A stretch of 64,000 nt of DNA, taken from positions 768,001-832,000 of the forward strand of contig CBDESU010000002.1 in NCBI GenBank assembly GCA_965242695.1, written 5' to 3'. Positions 58,549 to 64,000 of the stretch are shown piece after piece. The notes below the pieces were generated by a model that saw only the letters and a program-made list of their open reading frames with translations, searched no databases and was not told the origin of the DNA. The translations under genes were made by a program, and so were the position numbers. Source of the DNA: Cenarchaeum sp. (GTDB lineage Archaea > Thermoproteota > Nitrososphaeria > Nitrososphaerales > Nitrosopumilaceae). Each line of letters opens with the position of its first letter. Position 1 is the stretch's first letter.

Positions 58549-58625
58549 TGGTGCGGAGTGCGGGATTCGAACACGCGATACCCAGCTTGGGAAGCTGGTG
58601 TCATACCAGGCTAGACCAACTCCGC
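58549..58625 (-). tRNA. tRNA-Gly(CCC), intronless, CCA encoded
   Basis: GCGGAGT acceptor stem, anticodon arm CCAGC-TTCCCAA-GCTGG, TTCGAAT T-loop, ACCA end; TATATA at ~58651. Confidence 0.93.
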
Positions 58626-58678
58626 GCGCGACGGCGCGGCTAGCTTGCGTTATATACCTTGAACCGCCCCGGCCCGGC

Positions 58679-58852
58679 ATGGACGCGCGGTGCCCCAAGT
58701 GCGGCAGCGTCGCATCCGTCGACGACGCGATGGAGCGCGTGTGCTGCCCGCACTGCGGGTACGAGGACACGTACGACGGGTACCTGGAGACGATGAAGCA
58801 AGAGGCCGTCAACATGGCGGCCGACTACATCCCCGACCGGCCGGGCATGTAG
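58679..58852 (+). CDS. Small zinc-finger protein
   Basis: MDARCPKCG...CPHCG, 57 aa; TATATA ~25 nt upstream. Confidence 0.75.
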   Translation: MDARCPKCGSVASVDDAMERVCCPHCGYEDTYDGYLETMKQEAVNMAADYIPDRPGM

Positions 58853-58946
58853 CGCGTGTCCCCGCCGCCTCCGGGCATGGCGGCCTGTCCCAGGCCGCCG
58901 CGCGCCGGCCGCTCAGGTAATATGGCCCGCCCCCGCGGGGCCGCCG

Positions 58947-59810
58947 TTGGCATCGCGGACCAGGGCCGCCGCCGCCCCGAGCCGGGGCATCACCGGCGTG
59001 TACAAGAACTTCAGGGTCGACCCCAAGCTCCAGGCCGCGATCGACAGCACTGTACACGAGTCGTTTGCGGTCAGGGTTCGGGCGATGCGGATTCTCGAGA
59101 TGGACGCGGGGCTGCCCGAGCGCGAGCGGCTGGGAATGGACCAGATCGCGTCGATATTCGCCGTCGGCAGGGACGATCTGGACGGCTGGTGGAGCGCCTA
59201 CCAAGAGGGCGGCGTCGACGCCCTTCGGAACTATGCGGGGGAGCGCCGCGGGCGGCCGCGGGCGGCCGCGGATGCGCCCGAAAAGGCAGAGGGCGGAATG
59301 CCGGCGCGCGGCGCAAAGTCCGTGACATCCGAAGAGGCCGGCCGGCGCGGAGGCAAAACCAACTGGGAAAGAGTCTGCCTGGCCTGCGCGATAAAGGCGG
59401 GCCTGGTGCGGCCCGTCAGGTGGCACTACGGGAGCGGCAGGGTCCCCCTGCCCGGCCGGCGCGGCCAGAGCGTGGATATGGCCGATTTGCCGCCCCGGCC
59501 GCCGCAGCGCAGGTTCCGGTGCAAGTGCCGCGGAAACTGCAGGACGGAGGACCTGGTAAAGATACGCAACTGCGGGTGCGAGCCGTCCAGGCCGTGCAGC
59601 TGCCCCTGCTGCGAGCCCGTGCGCCTTCCGCCGTTCGGCCCGCCGCACGCGCCGGGGTGCCCCGCGGTGGAGGTGTCGAATACACTGCGGGTCGTAGCGC
59701 CCGCGGATCTGCACAGGGCGATCAAGGAAAGGTCGGGCATCGACTACTCGCCGGGCCAGCTGCGCGCCTTGATGGAGAGCCTTGAGATGCTACCAGAGGG
59801 CGCCGCTTAG
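58947..59810 (+). CDS. IS630-type HTH/winged-helix protein with Cys-rich insertion, no DDE domain
   Basis: IASIFAV..DDLDGWWSAYQEGGVDAL...GRPR and LHRAIKERSGIDYSPGQLRALM match the two IS630 N-terminal DNA-binding modules. Confidence 0.65.
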   Translation: MASRTRAAAAPSRGITGVYKNFRVDPKLQAAIDSTVHESFAVRVRAMRILEMDAGLPERERLGMDQIASIFAVGRDDLDGWWSAYQEGGVDALRNYAGERRGRPRAAADAPEKAEGGMPARGAKSVTSEEAGRRGGKTNWERVCLACAIKAGLVRPVRWHYGSGRVPLPGRRGQSVDMADLPPRPPQRRFRCKCRGNCRTEDLVKIRNCGCEPSRPCSCPCCEPVRLPPFGPPHAPGCPAVEVSNTLRVVAPADLHRAIKERSGIDYSPGQLRALMESLEMLPEGAA

Positions 59811-59875
59811 GCAGCTGCGGTGTTGCCGCGAGAAGGGGAATGCCTTCAGACCCTCGCCGTGCCTGCCGCACTCCG

Positions 59876-60019
59876 CTACCAGAACGTCCCCTTGTCGGAG
59901 CAGTCCAGGTTTGCGCCGCACCGCGTGCAGAGCAGGTGGCAGGCCTGTATGCTGATCATGCGCTCGCCGCACCGCGGGCACTCGACGCCCTTCTTGTCGT
60001 CCTTGTTGCCTTCGTCCAT
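59876..60019 (-). CDS. Small zinc-finger protein (CPxCG...C..CG..LDCSD)
   Basis: Manual translation MDEGNKDDKKGVECPRCGERMISIQACHLLCTRCGANLDCSDKGTFW*; TTAAATA box ~60041-60047. Confidence 0.75.
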   Translation of the reverse strand: MDEGNKDDKKGVECPRCGERMISIQACHLLCTRCGANLDCSDKGTFW

Positions 60020-60296
60020 GCCGGCGCCTCCGCGGCGGCCTATTTAAGCCGCAACTGGGGCCTTGCGGCGCGGAGCGGGCGGATAGCCGCATCGCCTCCG
60101 CTTGGCGGCCGGCCCCTTGCAACCCGCGCGCCCCATCCTGCCCGCCTGCGGTCGTGTACCGCATGGGGAGCGGCTCGCCGTTGCGCACCTGTAAGCCCGC
60201 GCGCCCCACCCTGCCCGCCCGCGGAGCGGCCGATCCAGGCGCGGCAGCGCCGGCGCCGACGCGTGCTCTTGCCGGCTATCTCGGGGATCTTGCCGG

Positions 60297-60929
60297 CTAC
60301 CCCGGCATGTCCCTCTCCTGCTGGAGCTGCTCGCGCTTGCTGATCGCATCCGCATCCAGCGGCACCCAGCGCACGACGGGGCTTTGGGGAGCTGGCTGCG
60401 TGTACCCGCAGTACGTCGTGTTTCCGTCCCGCACCTGCGTGCACGATGCCCAGGCGCACTGCTCGCGATCCTCCAGGCTGCACGGAAGCGCAATCGGCGC
60501 GTGGACGGGGTCGCACGATGTCCGGTTCCACCCCTGCAGTATGCACTGCCAGTAGCAGTCGCTGTCGGTGCGACTGAAGGGAGGCGACGCAAACCATGCG
60601 TTGGCCAGCTCTATGGCCCTGTCCACGTCGCCGCCGCCCTCATGCAGAGCGTTCTTTGCCTCGCCGACGTAGACGGCATGGGAGCGACATGCCACGTATA
60701 TCTCGTCCAAGGAGTGGTCCGGCAGCAGGCCGGGATACTCCACGTAGTCGGGCAGGACTTCCCTGACATCGTCCGGCAGGTAGGGCTGGCGCATGTCCTG
60801 GCTGGGCGGCACCGCGCTCAGAGGCTTAGGCGTAGGGGGCACTTCGGGCTCCAGCCAGGCCAGGGCGGCAAGCGCAACAGCGGACAGGCAGGCGGCCGCT
60901 ACGATTGCCGGCACAATTGCTCTTTTCAC
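60297..60929 (-). CDS. Secreted Cys-rich protein (paralogue A)
   Basis: Signal peptide; DSDCYWQCILQGWNRTSCDPVHAPIALPC. Confidence 0.75.
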   Translation of the reverse strand: MKRAIVPAIVAAACLSAVALAALAWLEPEVPPTPKPLSAVPPSQDMRQPYLPDDVREVLPDYVEYPGLLPDHSLDEIYVACRSHAVYVGEAKNALHEGGGDVDRAIELANAWFASPPFSRTDSDCYWQCILQGWNRTSCDPVHAPIALPCSLEDREQCAWASCTQVRDGNTTYCGYTQPAPQSPVVRWVPLDADAISKREQLQQERDMPG

Positions 60930-61213
60930 GCTGGCTGTGATGGATCGGCATATTAGTACCTACCTGCACTGATCTGCGCACATATGGGTTGGCATGGGCG
61001 TCGCTCGATAACTTGCATCTCTGAAGAATCCTGTCCGGCGCATCCGGCGGCGGACGGAACACACAATCACTTGCAAAAGAGGCTAGGCCGATTGCATGTC
61101 ATACCCGGTGCTCCGCGGAACCGGAGCCGGGAGTGCAACAGTGCGGCGCGCAGCGCCCCTTGCCGCAGCGTTGGCGCCACTCGACATCCGGCGGCGGGCG
61201 CGTTGGCGCAATG

Positions 61214-61780
61214 TCACTGATCGTAGCGTGTCCACGATCCGTCCGTAATCACGTGGGTGTGCCCCGTGACGTTGCCGCGGTAGCCGCAGTGCATCCTTTC
61301 CCCGTCCCACACTGGCCTGCACTTGAACGACTGGCAGGTGTACTCGGACTCTGGGTCGCAGGGCAAGACAATCGGCGCATAGACGGGATCGCACGACGTC
61401 CGGTTCAGACCGTGCACTATGCACTCCCAGTGGCAGTCGCTGTCGGGGGCAAAGTCGGGCACCATCGAGATCCACAGGTCTGCCAGCTCTGCGGCCTTGT
61501 CCAGATCGCCGTCGGCGTGGCTTATTACATCTCTCGCAAGGCGCTCTCCGTCCGACGCCGACCTGCACTTTAGGTACGTGTACGGAGAGGTATCCGGCCC
61601 GGTGACAGCGGACTGCTGGCGCGCTGTACTGGGTACGGGCGCGTCCCGCCCGCCGTCCGGCTGCCCCGCGAGGATATCTGCAAGGGCCACCGGGGCGACC
61701 ACCGCCGCAACCACGGCCGCCGCTGTCAGCGGGACGCATCTGTTCACGCAACCAGTGCGATCGCCTTGCATAAAAGCCAT
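61214..61780 (-). CDS. Secreted Cys-rich protein (paralogue B)
   Basis: Hydrophobic N-terminus; DSDCHWECIVHGLNRTSCDPVYAPIVLPC. Confidence 0.72.
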   Translation of the reverse strand: MAFMQGDRTGCVNRCVPLTAAAVVAAVVAPVALADILAGQPDGGRDAPVPSTARQQSAVTGPDTSPYTYLKCRSASDGERLARDVISHADGDLDKAAELADLWISMVPDFAPDSDCHWECIVHGLNRTSCDPVYAPIVLPCDPESEYTCQSFKCRPVWDGERMHCGYRGNVTGHTHVITDGSWTRYDQ

Positions 61781-62067
61781 GCCGGCGGCAACGACGCCTA
61801 CGATATTCTCGTCCTAGACCAGGCGATCCAGCCCGCACGGTCGCGACCGGCAGATGGCAGAGACGAGACAGACAATGCTTTCCAGTTTAGATGCGGACAG
61901 GATGCCCGCCCACACGTATCGGACTAGGGGACGGAGTAGGGGCAGGAACCATTTTGACTCAAAACTTGTCTTGAACTGCCTAAAACACACCAACGCTTGC
62001 CCGTGCTTGCCCGTGTCCTGTGTGTCTTGTTGCTTATTGGTCGGCAACCAACACGATGCGACGTGAC

Positions 62068-62080
62068 AAAAAATAAAAAA
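62068..62080 (-). terminator. Oligo-T terminator of the protease gene
   Basis: TTTTTTATTTTTT on the minus strand ~11 nt after the stop. Confidence 0.55.
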
Positions 62081-62091
62081 GATGGGATTGT

Positions 62092-63108
62092 CTAATTCCA
62101 GAGCGAAGATTCAACTCGGCTCCACGGGCTAAACACTCTCATTTCCCACTCTTCTTCTATGTTGTATAGAGGGGTTCGATCGCCATCGAAATTCACGCGA
62201 TCTGCCCTCCCTACGTGTTGTCCAAGCAGAATCGCAGAGGATGCTCCTGTGATCTTGAAGACGGGCGCCCCACTGTCGCCATTATCGCTACGGTAGTTTG
62301 CCAGCACTTGGTCGAACAACATTCCGCCGCCATCGCGCGTTGTCACACCGATGTGGAGAATTTTCCCTGAACTCTGTGTGGTGATCCCGGACATGTACAC
62401 TCTGTCAAGTCTAGACAAGTCGCGATCCGTTCCGTATGATACCCCATAGTTCCTGGATAAATAGCGGATGGAGTCTTCGACAAAGTTGTTGCACTGGCTA
62501 TTGGGATTTCTGTCTTCGCCGTACGCTGAGTCGGATCGAAGTGGTTCTATATGTGGGCGTTTTAAGATGTACACTTCTGCGCATTGGTTGTCAGGGTACC
62601 CCACTGTCAGGGTATTTCCTACACGCATGCCATGGCCAGTTGTGACGATCTTCCCGTTTTTAATGACTGTAATGGTTGACACTGCTTCCGACGAATCAGT
62701 CCCGATGCCCTCCCCGCCCCTGACGGCGGCTTCGCGCTCCAGCCTGTAGTACACCACGTCGATGTCTTTGTCGGTGTCAAGATCCTTCTTGATGTCCTCT
62801 TCCGTGTACGCCTTCCTGAACTCGAGGGCCTTGTCGGGGTCTATCCCGACCACCAGCTTGCCGTCCTTCTCAAAGACCATGTTGTATGGGATGCCGTACT
62901 CTTTGGCCCCGTATGTTGCATGTCCGCTTTTTTCGTCCAGATCCTTGTCGTACAGGTCCCCCATCTTGTCTTCAATGAGGGCCTTGAGCTCTGCCTTTTC
63001 CTGCTCTTCTTGCATGGCCGCCTCTGAAAACCCCACGGTCGCGGTCGATGCGATCGACACGCAGACCAGTGACACGATCAGTGCGGCGCTGCTTTTGCTC
63101 ATATGCAT
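62092..63108 (-). CDS. Secreted trypsin-like (S1, alpha-lytic-type) serine protease
   Basis: Signal peptide, pro-region, VTTGHG (His), RSDSA (Asp), NGDSGAPV (Ser). Confidence 0.8.
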   Translation of the reverse strand: MHMSKSSAALIVSLVCVSIASTATVGFSEAAMQEEQEKAELKALIEDKMGDLYDKDLDEKSGHATYGAKEYGIPYNMVFEKDGKLVVGIDPDKALEFRKAYTEEDIKKDLDTDKDIDVVYYRLEREAAVRGGEGIGTDSSEAVSTITVIKNGKIVTTGHGMRVGNTLTVGYPDNQCAEVYILKRPHIEPLRSDSAYGEDRNPNSQCNNFVEDSIRYLSRNYGVSYGTDRDLSRLDRVYMSGITTQSSGKILHIGVTTRDGGGMLFDQVLANYRSDNGDSGAPVFKITGASSAILLGQHVGRADRVNFDGDRTPLYNIEEEWEMRVFSPWSRVESSLWN

Positions 63109-63424
63109 TGAATCCAGCGGCCTTTTTCTGGTATTAAAGAAATCCTATACAATGTTCAGTATGGGCCTAAAGTGGAAATCTAGGTCGCTGCCCGCGCACC
63201 ACGCCTGCGGCTCGGACTGGCGCAGGCCTCTTCCAGAGCAACCGTCTCGGAGCTGCCGGCATCCTTGGGGGCCTAGGCAGCAGCGGGATGCGATCGCAGC
63301 CGTAGCGCCTGCCGGCGGGCCGGGGGCAGCGCGGCCGCCGCCAGCCGGCACGCCGCTCGGCGCCCGGGCGCGCGCAGGGCGCCCCCGGTTGGTTTATAGA
63401 GTCGCAATGCGGCGGCCGCGCGCA

Positions 63425-63817
63425 GTGGCCAACTTCAAGCTGAACGTCTCGGACACGGCCGGCAGGTCCGTCTCGAAGGAGCTAAAGGACGCCGAGGCCG
63501 TCCCGCTGCTCGGCCTAGAGATCGGCTCGGGCGCCGATGCGGCCATGCTCGGCCTGCCAGGCACCATCACGATAACGGGCGGCAGCGACAAGTCGGGCGT
63601 CCCGATGCGCTCGGACGTGCACGGCGCGGCCCGCAAGCACGTCCTCATGTCGAGGGGCGTCGGGCTGCGCGACGCCGAGCGCGGCGGGCGCGTGCGCAAG
63701 CTCGTCCGCGGCAACCAGATATCCGAGGAGATCTACCAGGTCAACTGCCTGCTAGACGGCAGCCTGCCCGAGCCTGACAAGCCCGAGGACGCGGCGGCAG
63801 GCGACAAGAAGGCCTAG
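63425..63817 (+). CDS. rps6e: 30S ribosomal protein S6e
   Basis: ITGGSDKSGVPMRSDVHG, RVRKLVRGNQIS, QVNC; GTG start. Confidence 0.95.
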   Translation: MANFKLNVSDTAGRSVSKELKDAEAVPLLGLEIGSGADAAMLGLPGTITITGGSDKSGVPMRSDVHGAARKHVLMSRGVGLRDAERGGRVRKLVRGNQISEEIYQVNCLLDGSLPEPDKPEDAAAGDKKA

Positions 63818-63894
63818 CGCCCCGAGCCCGCGCCGGATCCGGCTAGGCGGCAAAGCTAGACATATACCCGCCCCCCGCCCGGCGCCGCCCATCG

Positions 63895-64000
63895 ATGCAC
63901 TGGAAGGAGACCCTCCCCGAGTGGTACGTCTCAAAGTACGGGTACCAGCCGTGCGTCAACGTCGGCACGGCAGGCCACGTCGACCACGGCAAGACGACCC
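63895..64000 (+). CDS. eif2g: Translation initiation factor aIF2 gamma subunit (5' part)
   Basis: MHWKETLPEWY...QPCVNVGTAGHVDHGKTT; follows rps6e as is usual in archaea. Confidence 0.93.
   Translation, partial: MHWKETLPEWYVSKYGYQPCVNVGTAGHVDHGKTT

Noticed and set aside
58860-62000. Provirus or integrative element at tRNA-Gly
   Set aside because: No integrase and no duplicated tRNA end seen; accessory genes lie on the tRNA 5' side
62762-63424. N-terminal extension of S6e (351-aa ORF)
   Set aside because: Upstream part is antisense to the protease gene; the TTTATA box at ~63393 supports GTG 63425

Overview
Archaeal chromosome segment, most likely a high-GC ammonia-oxidising archaeon (Nitrososphaerota/Nitrosopumilaceae, Cenarchaeum-like, possibly a sponge symbiont). 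Markers are CdvB/ESCRT-III, PriL/PriS, aIF2-gamma, eS6, aconitase-X mevalonate genes, cobalamin methyltransferases and TATA boxes ~25 nt before start codons. Core genes alternate with accessory blocks: (i) a PIN nuclease, a wHTH-like partner and a degenerate-PIN/SRA fusion; (ii) four tandem TPR paralogues sharing a palindromic promoter element; (iii) three tandem helical paralogues and a HARE-HTH/PD-(D/E)XK nuclease; (iv) an AT-rich, translationally coupled five-gene island (GHKL ATPase, unknown, DUF6339-like/PAPS-reductase-like fusion, GIY-YIG, DGQHR/DndB-like), the best candidate for an undescribed DNA-modification/defence system; (v) two paralogous MORC-type GHKL ATPases with an AbiEi-like C-terminus, one coupled to an AbiEii nucleotidyltransferase, both behind the same 23-bp inverted repeat and flanking a type IIG restriction-modification gene; (vi) secreted Cys-rich proteins, a trypsin-like protease, an IS630-derived HTH protein and tRNA-Gly(CCC). 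All family calls come from reading motifs by eye; no searches were run. Several starts were moved from the ORF track to the codon that fits TATA spacing.
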